Assembly (NCBI GenBank): GCA_943704415.1
Contig: CALSCO010000398.1
Location: 1 to 64,000, forward strand
Source of the DNA: Parvularia atlantis
Taxonomy: Eukaryota
Direction of reading: 5' to 3'
DNA: 64,000 bases
Below the pieces are notes generated by a model that searched no databases, was not told where the DNA came from, and saw nothing but the letters and a program-made list of their open reading frames with translations. Position numbers and translations under genes: made by a program. Shown here piece after piece: positions 35,684-47,472 of this stretch; the first letter of the stretch is position 1; each line of letters begins with the position of its first letter.

Positions 35684-38600
35684 GCTCAGCTACGACGCCG
35701 CAGTGTGCTTGCACCGCGTCCCGGACCGCGCGGGCAACACGGCGCTGCTGGAGGCCATGCGCATTGGCGCACGCAAGACCGTCCGGGCGATGATTGAGGC
35801 CGGCGTGGGCGTCAACGTGCCCAGCCTTAGTGCGCATGGCCGGCGCGGCACTGCGCCGTCGTTCTCACGCGTGGTGGTGGTGATGGGGGGAACAGTTGGG
35901 CGCACGCCGCTGTACGAGGCTGTGCGCGAGGGCATGATTGAAGAGGTCGAGCTGCTGCTGCGGCACGGCGCCAACGTCGATTTTATGGGCGCGGGTGCGG
36001 CGAGCCGTGCTCGCGCGCGCGCGCGGCTGACGCGAGGCGTGTGCGCAGACGGCTTGACCGCCCTGCACATTGCCACAAGCCTCGGCCAGCGCGACTGCGT
36101 CGAGCTGCTGCTGCGCGCCGCGACGCCAGACACCGTGAATCTGGTCACCGGCGGTGCGCCTCACTGCTTCTTCGAGCGGGCGGCTGAGCCGAGCGCGCTG
36201 GCCTCAGACGACGCCACCGCACTCATCATCGCCGCGCGCGTCGGCGCTCACCAGTGCCTGCAGCTGCTGCTCGCCGCGGGCGCCGACCTCGACCCGCGCG
36301 ATGCCGGTGCGCACGCGCTTGCGCGAAGCGTCGCATCTGACGGTGACACAGACGGCAAGACCGCGCTCGAGTGGGCGATGGAGCAGCGCAACGAGAGCGT
36401 CGGCCACCAGCAGTGCCTCGCGACGCTGCAGCAGCACCAGCGTGCGCTCGACCAGGAGTCTGAGCGCATGTCGCCGCTGCACTCGGCCGCGATGCACGGC
36501 AACCTAGCCAAGCTGCGCGTGCTGCTCGAGCGCGGCGAGGACCCGGCTGCGGCAGACGAGGACGGCAACACGCCGCTTCATCTCGCGCTGCTCAACCGGC
36601 CGCAGCTCGACATTGTGCGCACGCTGATGGAGCACGAGCTCACGCCGTGGAACGCGCTCAACAAGGACCACCTGTCGCCGCTCGACATTGCCATGGGCGT
36701 GCCCGCACGCGTGCAGCCGGTGCAGCCGGTGCAGCCGGGCCAGCCCGCGCCGCCGCCGCCGCCGCCGCCGCCGCTGCCGCCGGCGCGCGTGCCCGACGAC
36801 ATCCGCGGCTACGTCTCGGCGCAGATGGCGCAGGTGGTCAACAATCGGCTGAGCGAGCCCGAGCGGCAGTGGGCGACGCGGCGCACGCAGCAGGCGGCTA
36901 ACCAGCCGGCGATGGACGCGATCATGGCCATGACGGGTATCCGCAAGGTCAAAATGTCGGCGCTTGAGCTGTTCAACAGCATCAACATGGACCTGCGGCG
37001 GCCGATCGCGTCGCAGACGACGCGCAAGAGCATGTTGCACTATGTCTTTGTGGGCTCGCCGGGCACGGGCAAGACGACGGTGGCGCGGCTGTTTGGACAG
37101 TTGCTGTGCGACCTGCGCGTGCGTGACGGCAACAACTTTATTGAGACGTCGGGCCAGGCGCTGCTGTCGGACGGATCGGACGCGTTTGTGCGGGTGACGC
37201 TGCCCGGGGCCATCCCCGGTGTGCTCTTCATCGACGAGGTGTACCAGCTCGAGCCGCTGAGCAACGGCGAGGGCCGGCGCATCACCGACGCGCTCATGCA
37301 GGCGGCTGAGAACCAGCGCGAGAAGCTGACAATCATCATTGCGGGCTACAAGAGCGATGTGCAAGAGAAGTTTCTCAGCTCGAACGACGGCCTGCCGTCG
37401 CGCTTCAGCCACGAGGTCGTTTTTGACGACTTCAATGTGGTTGAGCTGCGGCGCATCCTGCTCCAGACCGTGCGCGGCAAGGGCTGGCACCTCGACCCGG
37501 GCGTGCCGGGCCTGTCTGGCCGGGTGCGCGGCGGCGGCAGGGTCGACACGGCGACGATCGCGGCCAAGCGCCTGGCGCGCGGCGCCAACGTGCGCGGGTT
37601 CGCGAACGCGCGTTCGGTGCGCAACATGGTCGAGGCCGCGATCAAGCAGGCGACGCAGCGGATGCAGAGCGAGGAGGACCGGGGCGCGCACCTGACCGAC
37701 CGCGAGCGCATCACGCTCAAGCGCGTGGACCTGTTGGGCGAGCCGATCAGCGTTGACAACCTGCCGGCGCTGAAGGACCTGGACCGGCTCGTAGGCCTGC
37801 GCGAGGTCAAGCAGAATGTGCTGAGCCTGATCCGGCTGGTGAACGAGAACTTTGCGAGCGAGCTCAACGGCGGGCCCGTGCTCACGCTGACGCTCCACCG
37901 ACTCTTCCTCGGCAACCCGGGCACGGGCAAGACGACGGTGGCGACGGTGTACGGGCGCATCCTGGGCGCGCTGCGCTTCCTGTCCAAGGGCGACGTGGAC
38001 GTGCAGCCGGCGTCGTCGTTCGTGGGCGACGCCATCGGCGTGTCGCAGAACAAGGCCAAGCGGATCCTGCAGGGCGCGATGGGCAAGGTGCTCGTGATCG
38101 ACGAGGCCTATGCCCTGGCCGAGTCGCAGTACGGGCGCGACGCGCTCAACGTCTTGGTCGAGTACATGCAACCCGGCGTGGACATCGCCGTGGTCCTATG
38201 CGGGTACGAGGACAAGATCAAGGACATGCTGCGCACGTGCAACCCGGGCCTCGCCAGCCGCTTCCGCATGGACGACGCCTTCCGCTTCGCCGACTACAAC
38301 AACGACGAGCTTGTGCAGATCATGCTCGGGCGGGCCGCGACGCTGGGCATGCTGCTCGACGCCGACCTCGCGCGCCATGCCGTCGTCAACCAGCTGGCCA
38401 AGGAACGCGACAAGCCCAACTTTGGCAACGCGCGCGCGGTGGAGAACCTGCTTGACCGTGCCAAGACGCGCATGATGCAGCGCGACAACGTCGAGCGGCG
38501 CGGGCCCGAGCTCAAGTATGTGCTCGTGCCCGGCGACCTGTTTGACGCGATCGACACGGCCGGCGCCACGCTCTCGCTCGACAAGCTCATGGGCCCGGAC

Positions 38601-39585
38601 GTGGAGCAGATCCGCGTCAAGATCAACGAGATCCGGCGCGCGGTCGAGCGTGGCAAGAAGCGCAACAAGCCGCACTCGGAGTACATGGCCCACTGGGTTT
38701 TCAAAGGCCCGCCCGGCACAGGCAAGACGACGGTGGCGCGGCTGTTTGGGCAGGTGTACCGCGACTTGGGCCTGCTGACGAGCGCGGACGTGGTCGAGTG
38801 CAAGGGGCGCGACTTGCTTGGGCAGTACCTCAACCAGGCCAACGCCAACATCAACGAGAAGATGAACGAGGCGCGCGGGTCGGTCCTGTTTATCGACGAG
38901 GCGTACGGCCTGGCGTCGCAGAACACGCGCGGCTTTGTCGACCCGTACGCCAAGGCCGCGATCGACACGCTCGTCAACAACATCACCCACCCCAACTACG
39001 CCGGCAAGCTCATTGTCATCCTCGCAGGCTACGCCAGCGACATGGAGGAGCTCATGGCCAGCAACGACGGCCTCCAGCGCCGCTTCACCGAGACGCTCGA
39101 GTTCCACGACTGGGGCGTGGACGACTGCCTCAGGCTGTGCGGCAAGATCGCCGTGCACGAGCGTGCGCCGCTGCCGCCGCCCTCGCTCGCGCGGCTGCGT
39201 GTGGGCTTTGCCGAGCTGCTGCGCCGGCGCGGCTGGGGCAACGCGGGCGACGTCGAGACGGTCATGCGCAAGGCGATCCGCAAGCGCGACAACCGCGTCG
39301 ACATGGACCTGGACGACCAACCACTGACTGTCGAAGACGTCGACGGGGCGATGGACGAGATGCTGCGCTCACGCCCCGCACAGCGCACGGCCGCGCCCAT
39401 GCACGGCGTGCACATCGTGGGCGGCCTGGGCCCCATGCCCGGCTTTGGCGGCGCGCCCGCGCCACCGCGCCAGCAGCAGCGCGAGCAGCAGCACCAGATC
39501 GTCGAGCTGCCGTCGGATGACGACGAGGACAACGTCGGCGGGGGTCCGGCCGCGGGCCGCCAGCGTCAGCGCGAGCGCCAAGACG

Positions 39586-39623
<38 letters not shown>

Positions 39624-40052
39624 CTGCTCGCGGCGATCGCCGCGGCGCTGCCCGCGGCCGGGCTCACCACGGACGAGGCCGTGCGTGACGAGCTTGAGGC
39701 GTGCCAGCGCACGGGCCAGATCTCGCACGCGCTTGTGCAGGCCGTGGCGGCGGCCAAGGGCAAGACGGCGGCCAAGCTGCGCCCGCGCGTCGTGCGCCAG
39801 GCGCCGCGCCTGCTCCCGGCCGTGCGCGAGAAGATCCGCATCCGTGAGGAGGAAGCGCGGCGGCTGCGCGAGGCGGCCGACGCGGCCGAGCGCGCTCGCA
39901 TCGAGGCCGAGATCCGCGAGCGCGAGCGCGTGCAGGAGCGCATCCGCGAGCTGGGCGTGTGCCCCGTGGGCTTCCAGTGGCTGCCGCAGGGCGATGGCGG
40001 CTACCGGTGCGCGGGCGGGAGCCACTTCCTCTCCGCGCAACAGATCGGCTAG
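33955..40052 (+). CDS. Giant protein: N-terminal ankyrin repeats, three tandem CbbX/SpoVK-type AAA+ ATPase domains, coiled coil and Cys/His C-terminal motif
   Basis: Many ANK repeats (GASPLHVAA, TPLHHAV, TPLHVAA, TALHIA, GNTPLHLAL). Walker A GSPGTGKT (37053), GNPGTGKT (37911), GPPGTGKT (38706); Walker B LFIDEVY, LVIDEAY, LFIDEAY; NxGLxSRF arginine-finger segments; FANAR/FGNAR/WGNAG lid motifs. Ends LGVCPVGFQWLPQGDGGYRCAGGSHFLSAQQIG*. Confidence 0.9.
35653..35682. repeat. (GT)n microsatellite within an intron of the ANK-AAA gene
   Basis: Direct reading; preceded by (GC)n. Confidence 0.9.
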
Positions 40053-40117
40053 TCTGTGGTGTCAGTTTGCGCATGCGTACGTACGTATGCGCGTCTTACA
40101 CTTGTGACTGCAATTGG

Positions 40118-43100
40118 ATGTCGGAGGAGGTCATCGACGCAAACTCGCTCGTCACGTTCGTGCGGCGCGTCCCCACGCTCTTCGCGGCGCTGCGCGAGGC
40201 CGGCCACCTCGCCCTGCCGCGGCAGAGCAGCCTGGGCGAAGTCGAAATGACGCGCGAGTTTGCCGGTGCGCCACCGCCTGCCACCGCGGCGCACTCAGAC
40301 GCGACACACCCGCAGAGGCGCACGTCCTGCGCCGCACCAGCACGGCCGAGCGCGTGTTTGAGACGCTCGACGGGCGCACGGTGCGCGCGGTCGACGGCGC
40401 GTTCGACGTGCGGCGCGGTGCGTGTGCCGTTCGGCGTGCCGTGCCGCGTGCTCACGGCCACTGCAGATGCCGGCTTCCCGGAGGACCGGCTCGTGCGCGT
40501 GCTGGCTGAGGAGGTCTACTACGACGACGCGGCCTCGTTCACGACCTACGTGCTCGAGTGGCCCTTCGTGGGCGGGCGCAAGGTGGCGAGCGCGGGTCCG
40601 CCTGTCCGTGTCCCGCTCGCGCTCACCACGCCTGCCGCACAGCCCGATACGCCCGCGGCCGCCGTGTTTCTGCCGCTGCGCAAGTCGTTCGCAGAGTGCG
40701 GCGCGGGCGCCCATCGAAGGCGCAGGCCCGCTGCTGACGTGCCAGGCGTGCCAGATGCCAGGACTTTCTGCGGTCGTTTCCCGAGAACAGCCGTGTGCTG
40801 CGCCAGCTGGACGCGACGCTGATGGGCTTCGCGGTCGCGCAAGAGCACGGCGGGCCGGTCAACTGGGACGCCACGGTCGCGCGGGTGCGGCACATCTTCG
40901 CAACGACGATGCGCGTGCGTGCTGCAGCGCGCCGATCGCCCGCACTCAACGCCTTCGCCGCCCGCAGGAGCTCTTCTCGGCCAACCCGCTCTTTAAGACG
41001 CTCCAGGCGAACCGCGCGCAGGCCGACCGCCTGGGCCACTTTGTCGAGAGGTGTGCCTCGGTGACGCGGCTGCGCGGCTGTCTCAGCGCCGGCACGTCGC
41101 GCAGCTACATCCTGGGCGAGTTGTACGTGAAGCTGTTTGTCGTCGTCGTGACCACGTTCGCGGCCGAGGACGAGCTGCTGGTGGCGCGCATGGAACAGCT
41201 GTCGACCGAGACTCTGCGCGCCGCCGACAGCGACCTCGACTTTGGCGCGCGCACGCTGCAACCGGCCGTCGACATGGTCCTGTCGCTTGGTGCGCACACG
41301 TGGATGAAGCGTGCAACCGTGCGCCCCTGACGCGCCGCGCCCAGACGGCTTCAAGACGCCGTACGAGAAGCTCTCGTGCATCCGTGACACGGTCAACCTG
41401 CTCGTCCGCTCGCAGGAGCAGCGCAGTAGAGGTGCATGCGCACGCGAGGCTCGCGTGAGATGCGCGCTCAGCCGCCGCGACAGAGGACGGCAAGGAGCCG
41501 ACGGCGCTGGCGGGCGACGAGCTCCTTGTCCTGCTCATCCAGGCCATCGTCTACGCCAAGCCGGTCAACCTGCACAGCCACATGTACTACATCAAGAACT
41601 TTCACCTCACGCCCATCAGCAACAACACTGAGGCCGGGTGGGTGCACGCACGCGAGCGAGCAGGGCGCCGCGCTGACGGCCCGTGCGACGCAGGTACCAC
41701 TTTGTCACGTTCCAGGCCGCGATCGAGTACCTGCGCTGTTTGCCAGCCGCAGGCGCAGACGACGCCCCGGTGGCAGAGAGCGACGCGGGGCCCCCGCCGC
41801 GCGAGGCCGGGAAGCGGTGGTCGTCCGTGGACGACCAGGACGTTGGGGGGCGCCTGTCGGCGCGGGCGTCTGGCACGGGCGTGCGCCGGTCGCGCTCGTG
41901 GCAGAGCAAGCTCGCGTTCAAGGTGTGTGCGTGCGCTCGGCGGCGATGGCACACGTGCAAACAGAGACACGTCCGCAGTCATACAAGGAGAGCGCAATGG
42001 ACGGGGCGCGCGCCGACTCGACCGCGCCCAGCGGCTACTCGACGCCGCCCGAGCACGCGCAGACACTAACCGTCAGCGTCGCCGGCGCGCCCGACAGCGC
42101 CCCGGAGCCGGACCACTACGTCAACCCAAACACGTACATCCACCTGCTGCTCACCAGCAGAGTGCGCACACCCAGCCCTACGCCGTTCTTTCACGGTACG
42201 CGCAGCCACACGCCTACACTGCCCACCACCACTGACGCGCTCGCGCCCACAGACGTTCCCGCCGCCGATGACGAGGTGCTCCGCGCATACGCGCCACACG
42301 ACCCGGTCTGAGCCGACCGCTCGCACGCCCAGGCGCCTGAGGAGCTCTTCTTTAAGGCGATCGAGGCGAACGACGTCGACCGCGTGCGGCACTTGCTCGG
42401 TCGGGAGCCGTCGCGAGGCGCGGAAGAGTCACCGGCAGAGGAGGTGGCGCGGGCGTGCGTTCGCCTCGTTGCGCTAGCGTCGGCCAAGCTGACCGCGCAC
42501 GCCTCACTCAGGCCCCTGCCGCGCGTGGGCAACCCTAACATCCGCGACGAGCACGGCCTAACGGCGCTGCACATCTGCGCGCTGCACGGGTACACCGACA
42601 TTGCGCGCCTCATGGTCGAGAGCGGCGCGGACGTAAACGTGCCGACGCGCCACGGGACGACGGCGCTGTACCTCGCGTGCCAGTACAACCACTTGAGCGT
42701 GGTGCAGTTGCTGCTCGACCTGCCCGCGACGCACGTCGACTACCCGGACCTGAACCGCAACACGCCGATGCACGCGGCCTCGTCCAACGGGCACCTGACC
42801 CCGCTGCAGCTGCTGATCGTGCGCAAGGCCGACGTCACAGCGGCCAACAACCGCGGCGAGACGCCACTACACCTGGCCGCGCGCTGGGGCTACGGCCCGC
42901 TCGTCGAGACGTTGATCGAGGCCGGCGCCGACGTGGACGCGCGCACCGAGGTCGACGGCGCCGCACCGCTGCACATGGCCATGGACGCGGTGATCCCCCT
43001 GCTCGTCGGCCGCGGCGCCGACGTGAGCGCGGTGGACGACGAGGGCTGTACGGCGCTGCACCGTGCGGCGCGCCAGGGCAATCTCGAGCGCGCGAAGCTG

Positions 43101-43634
43101 CTGGTCCAGCTGGGCGCGAGCGTTGACGCGCGCGGTGCGTCACGTCGGTCGTGTGCCCCGCGTGCCCACCGGCGACGCGCAGACAAGGGCCAGCGCACGC
43201 CGCTGCTGTCGGCGGCCTTTGGCGGCCACACAGACGTGGTAACGTACTTGCTGGACGAGTGCAAGGCCGAGGTGAACGCGCAGGTGAGCGACAGTGTGCG
43301 CACACGGGATGGGCGCAAGGCTGACCACAGCGCGACGCAGTCCAAGAACGGCAACACGCCGCTGCACGCCGCGACCATCGGCGGGCACGAGAGCGTCGTG
43401 GCGGCTCTGCTGGAACACCAGGCCAGCCGCTCGCTGCGCAACCGGCAGAACAAGTTGCCCGAGGACATGACCCAGTCCGAGACGATGCGCGAGATCTACC
43501 GGCGGCACGGGGGCCTGCTGCGGCGGCGCAGCATCTTCCAGGCCGCCACGTCGTCGTCTGCGGCCGCGCTCGTGCGCCTGGCCGCCAGCGCCGCGCGGGC
43601 AGACGTGCCCAGCCCGGCGTCGTTTACACCGTGA
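40118..43634 (+). CDS. ANKRD27: VARP/ANKRD27-like protein (N-terminal domain, VPS9 Rab GEF domain, ankyrin repeats)
   Basis: N-terminus LPRQSSL..HVL..FETLDGR..AGF..VLAEEVYYD..YVLEWPF resembles ANKRD27. VPS9: TPYEKLSCI..ALAGDELLVLLIQAIVYAKPVNL..YIKNF..EAG|YHFVTFQAAIEYL. ANK: GLTALHICALHG, GETPLHLAARWGY. Confidence 0.85.
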
Positions 43635-43675
43635 AACTTGTCTGGCAGCAAAGAGTACACGCAGCGACAAAACAA

Positions 43676-46600
43676 TCACGCCATGACGGCGACAAGGTCG
43701 TGCGTCAGCAGCTCGTTGCAGTAGCTGCGGTCGCGCGGGTCGAGGCTGAGGCAGTGCAGCAAAAAGTCCACGACGATGTCCGACAAAAAGTCGGGCAGGC
43801 GCGGCGGCTCGGTCATTGACGCGACCTTGAACATGACCTGCGCGCCACGGGGCGACGTCGGCTACGCCCGCGCACACACGGCGCACGCACGCTGAACGGG
43901 TTGTTGCGCTCGGAGCACAGATCGCCGCTGTCGGTGTAGAAGAGCCAAGGCAGGCGGCCCGTCAGCATCTCAAGCACGACGCAGCCGAGCGACCAGATGT
44001 CGCAGCGGCGCCCGCGCTTCTCGTTGCGGATGGCCTCGGGTGACATGTACGCTGGCGTGCTGCGGCCCGGCTGAGCGCGCTACTCCCGCGCAAAAGGCGT
44101 CCCGTTCACGCACCCGCGCACGCTCCGAAACTCGCCCGTGATCGTCTGCAGCTGCGCCATGCGCACCGAGTCGCCAAAGTCGGCCAGCTTGATCAGGCCG
44201 TTGCCGTCCAGCAGCACGTTGGCGGCTGCGGTGCCGAGTCAGAACCGTACAGCCGGCGCAAGCCGCACGCACTCTTGACGTCGCGGTGAATGATGTGGTG
44301 GCTGTGCAGGTACTCGAGCGCGAGCAGCATCTGGCGCGTGTAGCAGCTTGCGACTCGCTCGGGCAGCGGGCCGTACTTGCGCAGGAGCGCGGCGAGCGAG
44401 CCGCCCGCGGCGTGCTCGAGGAACATGTTGAGCTGGTTCTCCTCCCACTCGCTGCGTGCGGCTCAAAGTCAGCAACGGCGCTGTTCTCAAGAGGCGCGCA
44501 CGCACCACCCGTAGTACTTGAGGATGTGCGGGTGCGTGAGGCTCTTGAGCACGTCCAGCTCCTGTTCGATCTGCTTGAGCGTCTTGACCTCCTCGGGCGA
44601 CGTCGGGCGCTTAAAGGCAATCTGCCGCGCGCGCGCCACGCTCAGCCGTCCGCTGCACGCGCTGCGCCGACCGACCTGCTTCATCGCCAGCAGCATGCCG
44701 TTGCGCAGGTCGAGGACGGCGTAGCACGTGCAGCTCGCGCCAATGCCGAGCACGGGCCCGCGCCGCCAGCTCGAGTTGGCGTTGAAGCCCTCGAGCCGGG
44801 GCAGCGCGGTCGGGAGCGGCACGGCGGGGCTGCCCTTGCTCATCGCCTGCGGCCGTGCTCAGCAAAATCAGGCGTGTGAACAATCGCACGCGCACCGGAG
44901 CGGCGGGCAGATCGATTGTCAGCTTCCTGGCCAGCTGGCTGGCCTTGTCGTCCTCGTTGATGGCCGGGCTGCCGCGCGGTGCATGCTTCTTGTCCAGCGC
45001 CATGTCGCGCACCGTGATTTGGTCGACTAGGCGCGGTCGGAGGCGGTCCGGCGACGCCACGTCCTTGCCGAGCATGGCCATGCCCCGCAGCAGGTCGGGC
45101 GTCGGCGGCGCGTTCTCGCTCGGTGGGGGCGCAGCCGGCGTCGGCTCCGGGATCGGCTGGCGCCCCTCGGCCTGCTCCTCGGCCGCGATGCGCTCGATGC
45201 ACGTTAGCTGCGGCGCGGGCGCGGCCTCGGGTGCGGCCGGTGCGGGCGCGGGCGGCAGCTGCGGCAGCGCCAGGCTGCTGACAGTGAGCAGGCGCTTGTC
45301 GAGCGTGCGGCGGATCATCGGCTTGAGCGCGGCAAGGAACGTGCGCAGCGTGGTCATGCCCGTGGTCGAGCGCCGCGCAATCTCGGCGCTGCCGCCGCAG
45401 CAGCGTCAGCAATGCCGGCAGCGGTGCCGTCCGCGCGCACGCACACTGTCTGGAGCAGCTTGGCGGCGCACTCGCGCACCGAGTCGTGCTCGTGGTCAAT
45501 GCTGGCCGCGAGGAACTCGAGCAGGGGCTTCTCGATCTCACCCAGCGGCTCGGGATTCTGCAGCGCCTCAGCAAACTCGCCCAGGAACTCGTTCAGCGCG
45601 GCGAGGAGCAGCTGGCGTCGGGCATAAGCAGCCGCGCACTGTAGCGCATATACACACCTCCAGCCGCCCGAGGTACCACCGCCACGACTGCGCGAGCGTC
45701 TGCGATGGCATGGCGACGCACATCGGCGCAAGGAAGGCGATGCCGTAGTGGCCGTCGCGGGCCATGTTGAGCAGCTGTCCCGCACGCGAGGATCAGCGGT
45801 GCCGGTGCGGCAGCGGACGCCGGCGCACCTCGTCGACCGTGCGCGTGACAAAGCGGCTCTGGGCGCGCTCGCTGTGGCGCGTCATGATATCTTCGACGAC
45901 CGGCCGCAGTAGTGCGTGCACTTGCTTGGCCGCGGCGGGCATCGCCACGCGCGTCGGGATGAAGCTCGAGTAGACATAGCGGAACAGGGCGAGGAATGAG
46001 ACATAGACCTGCGCCGCGCGCACGCGGCCGTGAGATGTGCCAATGGGGCGAGACGTAGACGGCGCACCTTGTAGACAGAGTCGCTGACGACGGTCTTCAT
46101 CATCGTCAGGGTCGTCTCGAGCATGGCCAGGCTGGCGGGGCCGGTGAGCGGCGCGCACGGCAGCAGGGCGCGACGTCGCACCTGTCTGCGCTCTCGGGCA
46201 GGGCGCGCAGCTGCTTCTCCATCGCCAGCAGGGCGGCCTCGCGCCCCTCCCAGTTCTTGGACAGGATGCACGAGATCACGCGCATGTCGTAGAAATGCCG
46301 CCACGGCCGCAGCTGGTCCATCTGCGCGGGCGTGGGCAGCTCGACGACAGGAAGGACGTCCTTGCGCAGGCTCCCGCTGTCGCCGTCGACTGTTGTGTGC
46401 GCGCGTGAGGCCTCTGGCGCGCCGTGCGCATGCATGCGCGGCACGCACGCAGCTCGGCGAGCAGGTTGATCCGGCCGACCGACTGCTTCTCCGTCGGCAG
46501 GTCGCCCTCCCAGTCGGCGCGGCAGAGCGGGCACCAGATCGTCTGCGACAGGCGCCGGCGCTCCTGGGCCCAGACCATCATGCACTTATCGTGCAGCCTG

Positions 46601-47344
46601 CCGCCGCGTCAGCGGGGGCCGGGCACCAGCGATCGGGCCGCCGCCGCGCGTACCGGTTGCCGCAGCCCTTGGTGCAGCGCACGAGCGGCGCGCCCGAGTG
46701 CAGCGGCAGTAGGCAGATCGGGCACTCGTCCTTGCTGAGCTCGTCCGGGCGCTCCTCGCGCAGGTGCCCGCGCGTCATGTTGTACCGCTCCTCCTGCGCC
46801 CGCGGTCAGCGCCACGAGGCCCCGTCCGTACTCGCGCCCCGCGGCCCGCACCGCGCGGCGGATGAGGCCGTCGACCTGGAAGTCGCGCAGGACGTCGTGG
46901 CGCAGGATCGGGTCGGACGGCTCAACGCGCAGCACGCGCAGCATGACGAAGAGCAGGTGCACGCAGTGGTGCCGGTTGCAGTTGCATTGCTGGCGGCGGG
47001 CGCGCGGGCGCGCGGGCGTGAGCGCGTGAGCGTGTGTGACGGCAGGAGGGAGGGATTACCTGCGGACCGAGGATCACGCGGAACTTCTCGTACAGCGTGT
47101 CGTTGCACACGACGAACGCGTACGGCCCGCTCTGGCGCAGCAGGTACAGCGGCGCGTGCAGCGCTGCCGGCGTGCGCGACCGTCGGCAGCCCGCGCGCGC
47201 GGACGGAGCGGGAAGGACGCGCGCGCACCCTGCTGGATCCGCTCTTCCAACTGTCGCTGGCGGTTGGCGTTGCTGGCCGCGATGGCCGTCGCGGCGGCCG
47301 CGGTCGCGCTCGGCTGCAGCAGCTGCAGTGGTTGCTGCTGTGGT

Positions 47345-47377
<33 letters not shown>

Positions 47378-47424
47378 GCAGCGCCCGCGCCCTGCAGAGA
47401 CGCCTTGGCGCGCTGTTTCTTCAT
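43676..47424 (-). CDS. MAP3K1: MEKK1/MAP3K1-like kinase: SWIM, RING/PHD, TOG/HEAT and STE11-type kinase domains
   Basis: LYLLRQSGPYAF..KFRVILGPQ|.CNC..HCVHLLFVMLRVLRVEPSDP; CPICLL..CTKGCGN|RLHDKCM.VWAQE..CPLCRADW; CILSKNWEGREAAL, DSVYK|VYV; kinase LGIGASCTCY, AMKQ, HRDVK, ADFG, GTPAYMSPE, CDIWSLGC. Confidence 0.92.
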
Positions 47425-47472
47425 GTATGCAGTGCACTTGGAATTCGAAGTACAAGTGCTGCTAGTAGTAGC

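Noticed and set aside
35034..36351. Start of the 1672-aa ORF at 35034 as the true N-terminus
   Set aside because: This part reads through introns and off-frame exons, including a (GT)n tract. The gene starts near 33955 and is spliced.
36352..40052. Bacterial contamination or a Rubisco-activase cbbX operon
   Set aside because: The exon is in frame with intron-containing ankyrin exons, has similar GC content, and has no Rubisco or type VII secretion neighbours.
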